Of a stretch of 64,000 nucleotides of DNA, positions 1 through 14,048 are shown piece after piece. Under the pieces are notes generated by a model that was not told where the DNA came from, searched no databases, and saw nothing but the letters and a program-made list of their open reading frames with translations. The position numbers and the translations under genes were made by a program. Origin of the DNA: Lytechinus pictus (lineage: Eukaryota); NCBI RefSeq assembly GCF_037042905.1, contig NC_087246.1, positions 12,834,001-12,898,000 on the forward strand, in the 5' to 3' direction. How positions within the stretch are numbered: position 1 is the stretch's first letter; each line of letters starts with the position of its first letter.

Positions 1-2859
1 TGGAGCTAACGGTATAGCAAGGATCGAAAAGGCCAAACGATTTATTTGATTAGAAAAGGGAAACATAAATGATCAGTCCTGTAAATGATTGCACTTTCAT
101 TTCCATTTTGACCAATGCCACTCACAGTTTCGGCACTTACAATAATTGGACGATGAATAAATTAATTCTTTCCCGACTTGAAACGCACCAATTTGCCAGA
201 TTGCAATATTGCAAATAATTACTTTATACGCAGAGATGTAGATATGGTTTTGGAGGTCGATAATAAATAAACCATAAAACATATTAAAATGTCCAATTGT
301 ATTGACACCTTGGTGTTTGGGATGTGCGTGAGAATGTGTTGGTGTGGTGAGGGAGGGTGTGTGTGTGCGAGTGTGTAACATTCACGTGTACGCTAGAGTG
401 TATGTCTGTACGTGTTGAGATTAATAAAGGTATTAAAAATACTATGCAACAAAATTACATTACAGCATTGATTTCAATTTTTATGTGTATAATTATATTG
501 AGATGTCTCATGACTCAATAACCTCGCAAAAGTCAATGTAATTCATTATATTGTCTTCTTTGTATTTGCCCTCCCTCCCCTCTCTCTCTCTATCCATTTA
601 TAAACCTCTCTTCCTTCCTTTGGCTCTCATTCCATTTATCTATCTTCCCATTCTCGGCAATAATTAATAACGCTGTCTTCAGTTTGTTTCTCATTTTAAC
701 TTTATACTTCCAATGCTCATCACGCATGTGAGAACCTTTAGTGTTTTTTTTTTGGGTGTAGATCAATTATACAAAGCTTAAACAAATATTGAAGATACCA
801 TAAAATAATAAAACGATCATTTAAATTATAGAATGAAAGCGTCTGATAAGTAACTTCTTTTTTTAAAGTTCGTGTTCAGTCTAGAATTAAAGGTTGATGA
901 TTATGTAATACATCACCAAACCCAATAACCAGCAATTCTTAAAAGAAAAAAAAACTGTGAAAACATGATCACTTTATGCTTGCCTCCTAATTATATATTC
1001 CAAAACACGTTTTCTGTTGAAAAAATGTCATAATGACTTTGAAAAATAATTTGAAATAATATTCAATAAAACCCATTGAATTCATTCGGTGCCATATTGG
1101 GGTCAAGTGTGTGTTTAAGGACCATTCTCCTTCACAACCCATCTACTGTAACTCCTATGTGTCGTTTATTATGGTAAAAGAAAAACATAGTGTGCTCCCG
1201 TCTGCCATTTAAAGACTTATTGTCAATTGAATGAATGAGAGGGTATTGTGTTGATAATAGTGTGGCTAGTTAATCTTGATCATCAAGAGGGTCACCCTTT
1301 TCTTGATTGTGATATGATCTATGACACTTAAGGTTTACACATCGATGAGTATGACGAGTTTGAAATTTTAATGCCAGAATCTAGTTGCATCTGTCCGTTG
1401 ACGTACAATCACCAGCATCTGGTTGTCGCGTACGTTTGAATCCATGATGGATCTAGTTACACAGAAAATTAGTCAAAATTCATTTAAGACACGACGTTTT
1501 GTGTGAAAAATCGCTTCTGTTGGGCATCAGTTTTTTATTGATCTTAATCTGTAATTTGTGATGGATCCAGTATTAAAGAATTCGGTCTCAAATTGAAGTA
1601 TTGATTTCACTAATTTTAAAGCAAATACGAACCAGGACCCCTCAAGTCATCAACTATTCATATCCGGTCAGGTTCCTAATCCATAATGCATCATTCTCAG
1701 CAGTGTAATATTGTTATATAAACCCACTTGAATGGTAAAACACTAATCGTCTACTTATTATATTCATACCACAAGTATTATGTTAGCAAGTACCTATAAA
1801 CAAGAACTTTTCCTGTAGAGATTTTTTAATATCTCTCTTCAAATGAAATGATAGGCTAATTCGTTCTCTAAATTATTAATTGTTATTAGAAAAATACATT
1901 TTAAGACTAGCCATTTATGCAGGCAGTCCATGACAGACCACACCCAATGTCGCTCCCAATTCAATGAGTAAAGAGTCAAACTGTCAAATATGAAACCAAA
2001 TATTGGGATATCTCTTCCAGAAAATATGTTTCAGTTTTCTTGGACGCACGTTACAATTTTGATGACAAATGTGAATAATTGGACTGATATTTAGTGTTCT
2101 GAAACAGATCCTGCATTAAATTACCAGGACCGGACATCCCTAATGGGAATATGTACGGTACGTCTCTTGAGGTCCCCAGTTCTCATCCCTCCGTTGACGC
2201 ACCGTCTAATAATCTATCGCTTTAATGCTACCGGTGTTCGGTAAAATCATAATCCCCTTTAAATGAAAGAGTTTGTCTGCCAATGGCGACTTTCCTATAA
2301 CATGGCATGCGATGTCATGTGAACCAACAAATCACTGCATTCCCCATAATCAGATAATCATGGATATTGATATGGTTTGAGATAGAAGTCGTGTTTTATA
2401 ACATGTGTTCGAGTGGGCGATTGAAAAACCGTGGAGCAAGGTGTGAACCAAGATGTGATAGCGTGTATGTGGATGAGGGTATGGGTGTGTGTGTGTGTGA
2501 GAGAGAGAGAGGGGTTTGGGTGTGTGTGGGTCGGTATGGACCTATGGTGACAATTTTGTGTAGCAGAATAACTTGCAACGCCCGACAGAGTGAGGACGTC
2601 CCCAGTCAGGATAGCCTTTCAAATCAATCCTCATCACATTTAATCTCACTTCAAAAGCTAAAATGGCTTTTGCATACTTAAACAAATATTTCGTTAAGAT
2701 GAATTAATTACCCATTTTCTGTGTAATGAGTATAGATAGCGTCTCCATTTTTGTGTTTATCATATCCGAAAATGAGCACGGTTAGTGAATACAATTTTTT
2801 AATCGAGTGTATGACATCGTATATGCACACACACAGGCCTACACGTATCGTCTAACTTT

Positions 2860-3246
2860 TAGTCCAGAAAAATAGCCGATTTGGGGGGCAACCTCAAACA
2901 AGTTGCAACAGAATGTTTTTCACCGCATTGCTTTTCTCTGAAGTCCCCAAAATGACGTACTAAAAGTCCAGAAAATCCCAGTGGTAAGATATAACACTGG
3001 GAACATTTAATGCTTTTAATCATAATTTTTAAAAGTGCTATGATCAGACCAGTGTACTACTATTAATAATCATGAAAAGTTCTCACGATGGCCGCCATTT
3101 TGGATTTATGCAAATTAGGCGTCTTTCCACCACTTTGATTTTTCTGGACTTTCAGTATGTCGTTTGGGGGACTTCATGGAAATGCATTGCGGTGAAAAAT
3201 ATCTGTTGCAATTTGTTTGAGGTCAAACCTTATTTTTCCTGTACTA
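2860..3246. mobile_element. Foldback MITE with ~130-bp imperfect TIRs
   Basis: Left arm (acctcaaacaagttgcaacaga..aaagtccagaaaa) is the reverse complement of 3125-3246. Confidence 0.75.
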
Positions 3247-3641
3247 TTTGTAGATAAAAGATAAATAGGTCCCCATATAGACATATGTCCATGGTAGGGT
3301 GTTTGGATGCCTGAAAATGTCATATTTGTGGATGTGTGATTTGTTTGAGTAGGGTCCCTGGTTTGAGTGTGTTCTGGATTGTTGAAGAGGAAAAGTCTAC
3401 ATTTAACTATATACTTCCAATTATAATTATGAGGAAATTATAGGTGTGAATAATTTTTGAATTTATAATTTGATTGCAGTCAGACGAATAAATGTCAGAA
3501 ATATGTCGGGAAGGAGTCCTTGGATTTGCTTTTAAGATTCCAGTCATCTTTGTTATACATTATGTGTAAATATCAGAGATAGGCCCACCGATGGCAGACT
3601 ATATATAGACAGAGATCTTTATCTTTCTGTTTATTTCGTAT

Positions 3642-3654
3642 TATATATATATAT

Positions 3655-3688
<34 letters not shown>
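3642..3688. repeat. (AT)n microsatellite
   Basis: Direct reading. Confidence 0.95.
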
Positions 3689-3689
<1 letters not shown>

Positions 3690-4154
3690 AACTAATGCTT
3701 CAGTCTACATACGTTTTTTTTTTAATATTGATCAAGGAAATTCTAATGTTTCACTTTACATACAGTATCCATTTCATTTAAGGAAAAAGCTACAGAAAAT
3801 AAGGGAAATCTTTAGAATTATTTAGACACAGAGTACCTGAAAGTTTGCAATGTTTCATAAGAAGTAATTTCTAAGAAAAATATGACGACATAAGCACTGG
3901 TTGTTTTCATTAATCCATGAAGACACTTAAGGGACTAATCAGGAAGTATAGACCTCCTGACCATAGATTTTACTGGATGGACACATGCATGAAGTTTGAC
4001 GAAATTTATGTTTTCCCATAAAACTTGTATTTTATCATTTTATGACATTCTGGTTGATTTGTTTACTAAATATTTTATTGTGATCGCATTCAATGCACAA
4101 AATACTTTCCTGAAAGTGAGTCCCACTATAACATGAACTACAATACATAATTAA

Positions 4155-4753
4155 AGGTTAAGTCATCCCAGAAAAATCTTAAATTGAATCAATAAAGAAA
4201 AATCGAACGAGCATAACACTGAAAATGTAATAAAAATCGCATGTAAAATAAGAAAGATATGACATTTTAAAGTTTCGCTAATTAAAAAAAAGAATATTTC
4301 AAGTTTTACAGATTTTGCAAATGCACAACTCGGTGACGTGCAAATGAGTCGATGATATCGCTCACTCACTCACTCACTCTTTTTTTATTATTTGAACAAT
4401 GTAATATTTCAATTTTTACAAATCTAACATCGAGGACCTACTTTACTGAACCATAAGTTAATAAAACGGTGACGATTCCACGTGTTCTAGGAGGAATAGA
4501 ACTTTGTTTCACAGGACAATGAGGAGAAAATTGGAATATTTCATATTTCATATAATAAAATACAGAAATAGTGAGTGAGTGAGGTCATCAGTCCTCTCAT
4601 TTGCATACCGACCAGGATGTACATGTAACTGTTTTGTGAAATTAAGCAAAACTTAAAGATGTAACTTTCTTGCATTTTACATCCGATTTTAATGAAATTT
4701 TGTGTGTGATGCTGGTTAGATTTTTATCTTCATTTAAATCAACTTCTTGTCCT
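4155..4753. mobile_element. Kolobok-like MITE (TTAA/AGG..CCT), long TIRs, right end partly deleted
   Basis: Same family as 6994-7881; inverted arms (acactgaaaat..atgtaaaataagaaag vs ttttacatccgattttaatgaaatttt). Confidence 0.75.
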
Positions 4754-4929
4754 TAAATTATAATAATAACAAATAAATTATACGTCACTAATTATTAGTA
4801 CAGACCTCTCTTTGAAAAGAATGTGTAATGATCTAATATGGTATTCAATAACGCTGTAGTTAAAGCTTATGATCTTAGGAACGTTACAATCTTCTGTATG
4901 TCAGTAGCTCAGAGCCTACAGACATACAA

Positions 4930-5127
4930 GCCTCGTTCAGACGTATTTTTCTCATCTAGAACCAGACCTAGGCTATTTTGGTCTAAAGGAAGCCAAGTCG
5001 GAGAAAAGGAGAAGTCCCCGTCTGGACAGAGTTACTTCGACCTTCCTTCGACCAACACACTCCCATAATCTTAAACCACGCATGATAAAGATTATACTCT
5101 GACTATGAACTAACGTCTGAAAGAGGC
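4930..5127. mobile_element. PIF/Harbinger-like MITE (GCCTCGTTCAGACGT termini)
   Basis: Terminal inverted repeats and internal palindrome; related copy at 23232-23535. Confidence 0.6.
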
Positions 5128-6323
5128 CAAGTTCAGTTTGAAAGAACAAATATCTCAGATATTTCACCGAGTCAAGAAGCAACGATGCATGAATATATAG
5201 AACACCATCATATTCGAAAGGGATGATTTATCATTACCGTTGATCATCATGCTACGATGGTAACTGGATCTCCTGTGGAGAAGGATCGCCAGACAATACC
5301 AACGGACGGAAGGCGATAATTCATGCATGTGCGTCAAAATGTGACGATGTAGCAATGATTCCAAACAGTGACGTAATTCAGAATAGGCATTGTGGCTTTA
5401 GGATAACTAAAGTTAGTTTCATTTCCAAATGGATCTGGTAACCTCGGTAGAGGCTTGATTTGATTTAGAATATGTATATATGTGTTATTCAGCTGTTATT
5501 AACTATTTCCTTTCCATTCATTGTGACGATTATGTACAGCTAGGCCTATTGTTTCGCACAAAATCGTTTACTTACACCATACAAGATCAGCAGTTGCTGC
5601 CGAAAATGTATCTCGAATCTTTCTTTACGTACTTATTATAGGTAATTTTGTGCGATTTTTTTTTCTCGCAGAATTAAAAATCGACAGAAATGATAACAGG
5701 GCTTTAGGGAAAAATTAAGAACAACGATGATGACAGGATAATTAGGAATAAATGATAAACAAACTGAAATATTATGAAACATTTCTTCATTTGAATGTCA
5801 TTAGATAGTACTACATACTGCATATTTAATCATACTCTTAACATTTCTGAGAAAATTTGGCTTCTATAGTACTGCCATCGCGTGAAGGGGGTAAAGTAAC
5901 TGAGGTAAAAATCAAATCTTGCACTTTTCTGTAGACGTCGTTGAAAAATAATAACTTTATAACAAGCTATACTTTTATGATATCACTAACGAAAATATAT
6001 GTCACCTACAATAAATTGTTATTGCTCTGCAATCATTATATACCACGGACCAGAAAATGAAATATTGAAAGCGATGTAGATTTCATGTAGTCTATTTCTC
6101 ACCATAGCACTTGCGTCATTTTGGCAAAGCGTTTATCCACATTTGCCACACTCTCTACAGGTGTAGTAGATTGGTATCTAGTAAGAAAGAATTTATTGAC
6201 TGCTGGAGCACTTGATCAGCCATTCTAAAGCCATAGTAGCATATGCACTGCTTAAAAACATATTAAACGCTACATAAATTTTGAGTATTGATATATTGAA
6301 TATTATTATTATCATTATACCAT

Positions 6324-6453
6324 NNNNNNNNNNNNNNNNNNNNNNNNNNNNNNNNNNNNNNNNNNNNNNNNNNNNNNNNNNNNNNNNNNNNNNNNNNNNN
6401 NNNNNNNNNNNNNNNNNNNNNNNNNNNNNNNNNNNNNNNNNNNNNNNNNNNNN
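6324..6453. other. Assembly gap (130 N)
   Basis: Run of n. Confidence 1.
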
Positions 6454-6993
6454 ATACCCTTTTCAATAGACAGAGTGGTTCTCAACACACTGGCAGACTC
6501 AAAATTCCATCTAGTGCAATGGCTTTTTTTTGCACAATAAAAAGTATAGTAATAATGTCCACGAATTGAAAATGATGCTATCTCAAATATCATTTCATGA
6601 GTTTATGATCATTGTATTCTAAGCCCCAAAGCAGTAACACTACTCCTTGTTTAGATCAATTTTACCTCTTTATTTGATTATAGATGCCTATACCAGAACA
6701 AAACATTATACATAAATCGTTTTCCTTTGTGTTTTGTGAATTTAAAATATATAAAGGTACACACCGCTTATGACAAAACGTAATTTATCTCGGTGATTGA
6801 CAGATGACTCACTCTAATAAATAATTTTGTGGGGTCGTGCCAAGAACAGAATGTGAGTTTGGGGAATTTATTTTGAAGTTACCGGAAATATTATAATAAT
6901 AGAAGATTATGTACAACAAATTTCACATCAGTATAGAATCAACCTGTACTTGTATGTCACAGGAACTGTGTAGTAAATGATTGTCAATATTAA

Positions 6994-7881
6994 AGGTCAA
7001 GTCCACCCCAGAAAAATGTTGATTTAAATAAACAGAGAAAAATCAAACAAGCATTATGCTGAAAATTTCATCAAAATAGGATGTAAAATAAGAAAGTTAT
7101 GACATTTTAAAATTTCACTCATTTTTCCCAAACAGTGACACGAACAGCTCAGTGACGTGCAAATGAGACAGTCGATGATGTCCCTCACTCACTATTTGCT
7201 TTGTTTTTTATTGTTTGAATTATACAATATTTCATTTTTTACAGATATGACAATAATAATAATTGGCATTTATATAACGCTTTATCAATCTACGACTGTT
7301 CAAAGCGCTTCACAATTATTATTACCCGGTCACTGGATTCATAGCATTTCAAGCAGCCTGTTAGGCGCAAACTTGCTAAACCAACCACAATGACGGTTGT
7401 TCCCTACCGGTACCCAATTAGCACCTGGGAGAGAGTGGCAAAGTGTGGTTTGACGCCTTGCCAAAGGACGCTAGACCATGGTGGGATTCGAACACACGAC
7501 CCTCTGATTACAAGGCGAGAGTCAGAACCGCTACACCACGGCGCTTCCAATAAGGACCAACTTGATTGAACCATTTAGTATCAAACAATGCTAATTGCAC
7601 ATGTTCAGGGAGGAATTAACCGTTGTTTCACACGACAACAGGGAGAAAATAGGAATATTTCATATTTCACATAATAAAATACAAAAGAAATAGTGAATGA
7701 GTGATGTCGTCAGTCTCCTCATTTGCATACCGACAAGGATGTGAATATAACTGTTTTGCGAAATTTAAAATGTCATAACTTTCTTATTTTACATCCGATT
7801 TTGATGAAATTTTCAGTGTTATGCTTGTTGGAATTTTCTCTTTTTATTCAAATCAACTTTTTGTTGGGGTGGACTTGTCCT
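6994..7881. mobile_element. Kolobok-like MITE with TTAA TSD, interrupted by a SINE
   Basis: ttaa|AGGTCAAGTCCACCCCA...TGGGGTGGACTTGTCCT|ttaa; long inverted arms. Confidence 0.85.
7257..7547 (-). mobile_element. tRNA-derived SINE
   Basis: Minus strand: A box TGGTGTAGCGG, B box GTTCGAATCC, central CCTTTGGCAAGGC..CCCAGGTGCTAATTGGGTACC, (ATT)n tail; CAATAA flanks both ends; second copy at 57752-58048. Confidence 0.9.
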
Positions 7882-10800
7882 TTAATAAACGCAGGAAAGA
7901 CAGGGGTTGAGGCGAAAATAAGGACGTTTGGAAACAAGTGATTACTTACATACGCTAGTATAAAATCAACAGAATTATTTAGGTTTAATGCATTTTATAA
8001 TAATGTTCTATGACATTATTTGCCTTCACCATCCACTTAAATCTTTGATTCAAGGAAATAAATGAAATGGAAAGGCTTATGAAATCTCTAGATCTTATGG
8101 GTTCGTTTAACATGAACCTTTCGGGATAGTAGCGCATTGAACCTAGGGGGGGGATGGATATAAGGACATTGACCATCTCTCATTCACATGCAGACAACTC
8201 ATTAGTGTACACGCGTCATCGGGTGGATAGTGTGAAAAAAATCTCCCAAAAGTCCAATCCTCGTTATCAAGAAATTTACAACGGGTCCACGGAACAAAAT
8301 GAGGCTACAGAATGAAAACATACAATATTTCACTTCTCCTTTTATGATAAGACTTTAACATTGATTAAAATTATTAAAATAAAAATGATATTAATAATGT
8401 TGAAAAAAATATTGAAACCATGCTATATTTTCTTGTTGAAATAGTATTATGAGCTTATATATAAGCATAATTATTAATTTACTTCTTTGATTTTATTTTG
8501 TTTATTTGTATATTTTATGTGTTTCATTCTTTAATCAGGTTTCACTTTCATTCAAAATAATAGTTCAAATCAAAGAACAAGAACATAAACAAGATTTATA
8601 CAGTGTGCTTTATACTGTTTTATAAAATGATTAAAAGTTACGATTGTAGCTTTTGTAAAGGTTCAATGATCATGATCATGCTAATTATACTATTGTATTC
8701 TATCTTTAAAAAATTGTAGAGACCGGTTTGCACTCTCCATTGTGAGTTTCTTTTTGAAACTTTGAATTTCAATGAACCCCACACTTGGCTTGCATCGTTA
8801 CGTTCTGGAACGAACGCTATGTTGTCAGAATAATGTCATTAAAAATCTCGAAGGTGAACTGTGGTAGCCTTGCTGTAAGTTTATCAGAGATTGAGCAAGG
8901 TATTTGTTCTCCGAGCTGGAGTGAGGAAAGTTCATATCTTACTAAGATCATTCTTACATGTCTTGGAGTGGTTTAAAATTATTTTCCGTTTCAGCTATTC
9001 GGTTTAAATGTCTTTTGTGCGACCTGAATATAGATTTGCTCTTTGACTTTGTTCTATTGGGATGGCCTATTTTAATGGTCAAATTTGAATTACATTTTAT
9101 TAAAGGGACCCGTAATAATTATCAGAATGAATAGATTTTGTTATAATAAATGACAACAAAATACCTAAAAACCTTTTAATTTGATATTTTTTATGTGCTC
9201 TAATAAAGTAAATATTTTGGTATAAGATTATTCTTATAGTTGTATTTGATCCATTATCGGTCGTTACAAGTCATATTCCCATCTAATAAACACGTGATCA
9301 GTGTAACGTGATCGGATTCTTTACCTTACAACAAACGTGACAATGAACGAGTTTTCTACAAATAATGCATTCATCAGAATCTTGCAGGTTAAACCTTTTG
9401 TGTTTGTTTGTTTGGGTTGTTTTTCAGTTGGTTTAATTCAACGTATTACTTTGGGAATATACCCAAGAACATAATCGTAAAGCGCTGTTGAAGGACTTTT
9501 ATTCATAAAGGGAAAAAGATAAAGCAGTGGCTTCTATTTTTGAGAAACCCGCAGCGATTTTCGTTTTCACGTTGGGGTATTCAACGCGGTTCACCTGTGC
9601 ACTGTGATCTTACAGACCGTAAAAAGCAATGACTGATCACTGCACGCCACGAGGTCTGTCAACATCCCACAGGACGAATATTCGTGCGATGCTTGATCAG
9701 TGGTTTTCCCGCCACAATTCTTATCGTCTGCTGTATGTGGGTGGAAACGAAGCGCCAATGAATAGTCCGCTCGCCACAGATGTCAAATTTCTCGGTGGCG
9801 GAAATACAGTGCAGGCTACTAGTATAGACCGGCACTGACCAGTTAGTCTTCGTGAACGAAAAGAGGGCGCACAATGAACTCACCCTTATCTTCCTATACT
9901 GAATAAAATTCCATAGTAGGGGAAAGAGACTGACAAACCGGATGCATTTCAGTCAACCATTACAATAGGCCTATATTTTCTATTTATTATGTTAAAAAAT
10001 GCATCTCGATGTATTTATTCTATTAAGTATGGTGGGTTGATTTTTTTCAGTTTCCACTGTATCACAATTTCAGAAAATCTCAACAATCATAATGCGTCAT
10101 TGAACCACCACATGCACAAGGAACTTCAATGATTTCCCCGTTCTTAAGCTATCAGAATATTGCATTTTTTAAAAGAATGATAAAATAAAAAAGAAATAGA
10201 CAATGAATGATGCATGATTAGTAAAGGAGGTACCTCATTTAGTTGCGAATGCTTGCGTACGTAGCAAATTTGAGATTTCGCCAAGTTTGTAAAAGGTTGC
10301 AAGATAGCTCGTAAGCAGTTTTGTCAGTTTTTTTTTCTTGTCGCAAAGAAATTTTGAACATGTTCAATATTTCTTAGCTAAGATAAATTTCCCCACACAA
10401 ATAGTTGTTAGCGTTCGCAAAACAGACATAAGCATTTGCCAAAGTTCTTCATTCTGCTTTATTCGCCAATGATAGCGACCAATTAATGACCACAAAGTCA
10501 TGTCCCCTGTGTGACAAATAGACCCACTGATTAAAAATTTCCTTCGAACTTTTGCAAACATATATTTTCCGCTTTCAAGCAGTTCGCAAATAAACATAAA
10601 ATCTAACGAGGCGTAAGAGTTTGCAACACTCGTCAGAAAAGTTTTGAAATGTTCAAAACCAACCGATCACCCTCCAAAACATTCACCTTTATCTATCATG
10701 TCTATCCAGAAACAATGTGATTAAGTGACTGCTTAGGCTATAGCGTTTCGGGAAAAGGGACTAGGCCTAATATACCAAGGTGTTTAATATTGGTAACATC

Positions 10801-11451
10801 GCATCGTGAGATTGACTCGTTTCTAAACAAGATTTGACTATCCGGGCACGTATTTTCATTGCATATCAATCAATGACAGTATTAATGGAACATAGTGTAA
10901 AAAAACACACTTCACGCCTATTTTCTATTTCTTTTACACTATACGGCGAGCTAGGATTGATTGTATTTTATGTGAGGTATATCCATAATGATTGAGAATC
11001 CTATGCAATATCCTAGTGGTTCGTATCGTGGTGGAGCGTATCTTGTCGGAAAAAAAAACTGAAAATAACTAACTCGTAATGCTTGTCTTTCAAATAAAGT
11101 GGCTTTATCTTTTGAAACAGGATAATATTTTCTCATTTTATATAAAGTGTAAACAGAATTAGAAATCCAAACAAAACTCTGCGTGAATCACAGGATTGGG
11201 ATCGTCTGCACACTGAACAGCACGTGTTGTGCACATGTTTCATGTCGAGATTTCTCTAGATGTCACAATCAGCTTCTATCAAGTTCAAGTAAAAGCGTTT
11301 GACAGATCGGAATAATTGTCTCACTTCCCTGGAAGTGACTTGAAATAAGATTAATTCATTTTCGCTGCTGTAATGCGATCGCATTAATGATTAAATTTGT
11401 AAGGAAAGTGGATAAAGGAAATTGAACCCAAAACTTATGTGAAGCTATATA

Positions 11452-11668
11452 CACAGTAAAAAAAATTATACAACGCTGTTTACTATATGAACCTTACAGT
11501 AATTGTTTAAACAGTTTAAACAAGTGTTTAAATCTTAAGCAACAAGTTTAATTTTCAATATCTAATCTTCAATAAATTAAACATGATTGTTTAAACGGTT
11601 AAACAAATACTGTAAGGTTCATATAGTAAACAGCGTTGTATAAAATCTTAAACAGCGTTTTTACTGTG
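11452..11668. mobile_element. Palindromic MITE with CACAG termini (CMC/EnSpm-like)
   Basis: CACAGTAAAAA..TTTTTACTGTG; near-perfect internal foldback with GTTTAAAC repeats; related element at 21346-21558. Confidence 0.7.
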
Positions 11669-12597
11669 CAGGCGATCATCAAGTTTTTCTGATAATAAAA
11701 CTACAAGAGGGTATAATATTACGCAGACCAAATCGGCAATAAACAAAAATAAGTCTATCAACATATCATGCTTTTAGTATTCTTTATAACTTCATGATTT
11801 GTAATTTCTGATCCGAGCGAAACAGCAGGAAACTTAAAAGTTGACTTTGCTCCCCTAGCATGGGAGATACAATCAATTCACCTCAAGGGTGGGGTGGGGC
11901 CACGGAATTTCCTTGGGTGGGGGCGTGGGGCTACAGGATCCTTTCGTCCACATGGCTTGCTCATCCATCCGTACTAAGATATGAACTTCAAATGACGTGA
12001 TCTTATTATCCAAATAAGTAACGTATGAGGAAAGCACCCCCAAGTGTCACGGACAGAGAATAATTCTGAGTCCCCAAATGGAATTGAACAGTAAATAAAA
12101 TCAATTAATTTGAATCCCTTGTGATCTGAAAAAATGTAATTCAAGAGTAGGACATAAACCAAAATGGGTTCACATAAACTGTTATTGGCCTACATTAATG
12201 ATGTTCCAACTGGCGCATAACCCAATTTGCAACCCTTTGTGAATTCGGACCATATAGGCTGAACGTCACGAACCCCCCAAAATTAGCGTGCCCAGGGACC
12301 GGGTAACGAGTTTTTAGCCAATTTCGCCGGGCACTGACCGGCAGCCGTCCGGGCACCACTGGTTTTGGGGGCATCGCTCGGTCGCCGCTCAAGATTTAGT
12401 GCGGCGCCTGCTCACTTCTCACTCGCCGCCCTAATCACGCTCGCGCTCTGGTGGTCGCCGTTCGGGCGTCGACGTAATAGAGCGGTCGCCGTCGAACGAT
12501 TAGGTCAAATATTGAACTCGTTTGATCAAAGGCTGTCGAGCGGTCACCGGCCGGTCGCCGGCCGCTGGCCATTCGGTCAATGATCTCGGGGCTAATT

Positions 12598-12688
12598 CAT
12601 GGACCTGGCCACGGAGGATTATCTATTGTTACTTGGGGTGCTGTGACAAGCAGTAACAATAGACTAATCCTCCGTCGATAGGTCCCTG
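12598..12688. mobile_element. 91-bp hAT-type MITE
   Basis: Perfect 8-bp TSD GGCTAATT (12590-97, 12689-96); ~37-bp TIRs, CA..TG termini. Confidence 0.85.
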
Positions 12689-12987
12689 GGCTAATTTAAG
12701 ATCGGCAGGGCGATTACTTAAAAACGAGCCGGTGGGAGGAGGGAGACCGCCCGGAAATCGGTGGGTTGTCAGCCGATCATTGCTCGGACGTTAAACAGAA
12801 AAGTTCCCTGATTTGACCCAGATTTGGCCTCGGTAATCGACAGGCGGGTCGACAGGGCACTGCTCGGCCACCGATAAGTCTTAACAGCCCGCTCGACTTC
12901 TACAAAAATCGTTGGGCAATGCCAAAATTCCGGCGGCGCTCGAGCAGGCTATACTGGGAGGTCGGTGCTCTGAGTTGTGACTGAAGC

Positions 12988-14048
12988 TAGGGGCGGCGGA
13001 GCGAAGTTGAAAGTGGGGGTGCACAGGCAAAAAGGGCACCTTTTCTTTTGAAAAGGGCACTATCTTAAACATGGGTGTATGCAGAAATTTTTCGCTGAGG
13101 GGCAGCATGCGTAAACCTTTTGGAAAAAACTCAAAAGCGAGGGAGCGAAGCAACCGAGCTTTTCATTGAGGCGCTTTTGCATTTTTTAAAGTGAAATTGA
13201 TGGATTTTGTGCATACTTTTGGTGAATTTTGTGTAAATCTGCAGTAAAACAATGTGAGTTTTCATTTTTTTTTGGGGGGGGGGGGAGAACTGCCCCCGCT
13301 GCATACGGCCATGACCTTAAAAAAAGAAAAATGACTTATTTACCCCCACTCGCATGACTCATGAAAATTAAGGCACGTAGGATTATTTTCACAATTTTTT
13401 TATTCATTTTGCACTTGCAGAAAGAAGCAGAACTGTGCTAAATAAAGAAACCGGGCGCTCCTCGGGAACAAAAAGGTTTTTCAGGACAACTTATCTGATA
13501 TGAAGAACAGGCACCTTTTAGAAGGCAAATGGGCACTCGTTAACACATAAAACAGGCCCTTCTCATATGAAAGGGGCACAGAACACGTTCGTGAGGGGCG
13601 CTTTTCTTGGGTAAAAAGGGGCACTGATATAAGAAAGGGCATGCACCTAAAAGTTGGCAAAGGGCACTTGCAAACGGCATAAAACGGACCCTTCTCAGGT
13701 AAAAAGGGCACCGGACATGTTCGTGAGGGCACTTTTCTTGGGTAAAAAGGGGCACTGATTCGAGAAAGAGCACTTACGAGAAGGCAAGGGGGCACTTGCT
13801 CAGGCAAAAAACAGATCCTTTTCAGGTGAAAGAGGCACAGAACACGTCCGTGAGGGGATTTTTTTTGGTTAAAGTTTGGCACTGATACAAGATATGGCAC
13901 TTTGTAACACCTAAAACGGGTCCTCTTCTGATGGAAGGGGCACAGTACACGTTCGTGAGGGATGAATTTTCTTGCGTAAAAAGGGCACTTTTTCAGTGCT
14001 TCAAAAAGTGGGGGGCTGTGCCCCCGACCCCCAGGATCCCCGCCCCTG
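12988..14048. mobile_element. hAT-type MITE with internal AAAAGGGCAC tandem array
   Basis: Perfect 8-bp TSD ACTGAAGC (12980-87, 14049-56); TAGGGGCG..CGCCCCTG termini; ~125-bp higher-order repeats at 13500-13990. Confidence 0.85.
13070..13313. mobile_element. hAT-type MITE nested in 12988-14048
   Basis: TIR CATGGGTGTATGCAG / CTGCATACGGCCATG; TSD ATCTTAAA/ACCTTAAA (7/8). Confidence 0.75.

Noticed and set aside
6263-6593. ORFs spanning 6.3-6.5 kb
   Set aside because: Artefacts of the N gap.
7470-7547. tRNA gene
   Set aside because: A and B boxes are present, but the sequence continues into a shared SINE body and tail also found at 57752-58048.
13481-13900. 139-aa ORF
   Set aside because: Translation of the AAAAGGGCAC tandem array inside a hAT MITE.
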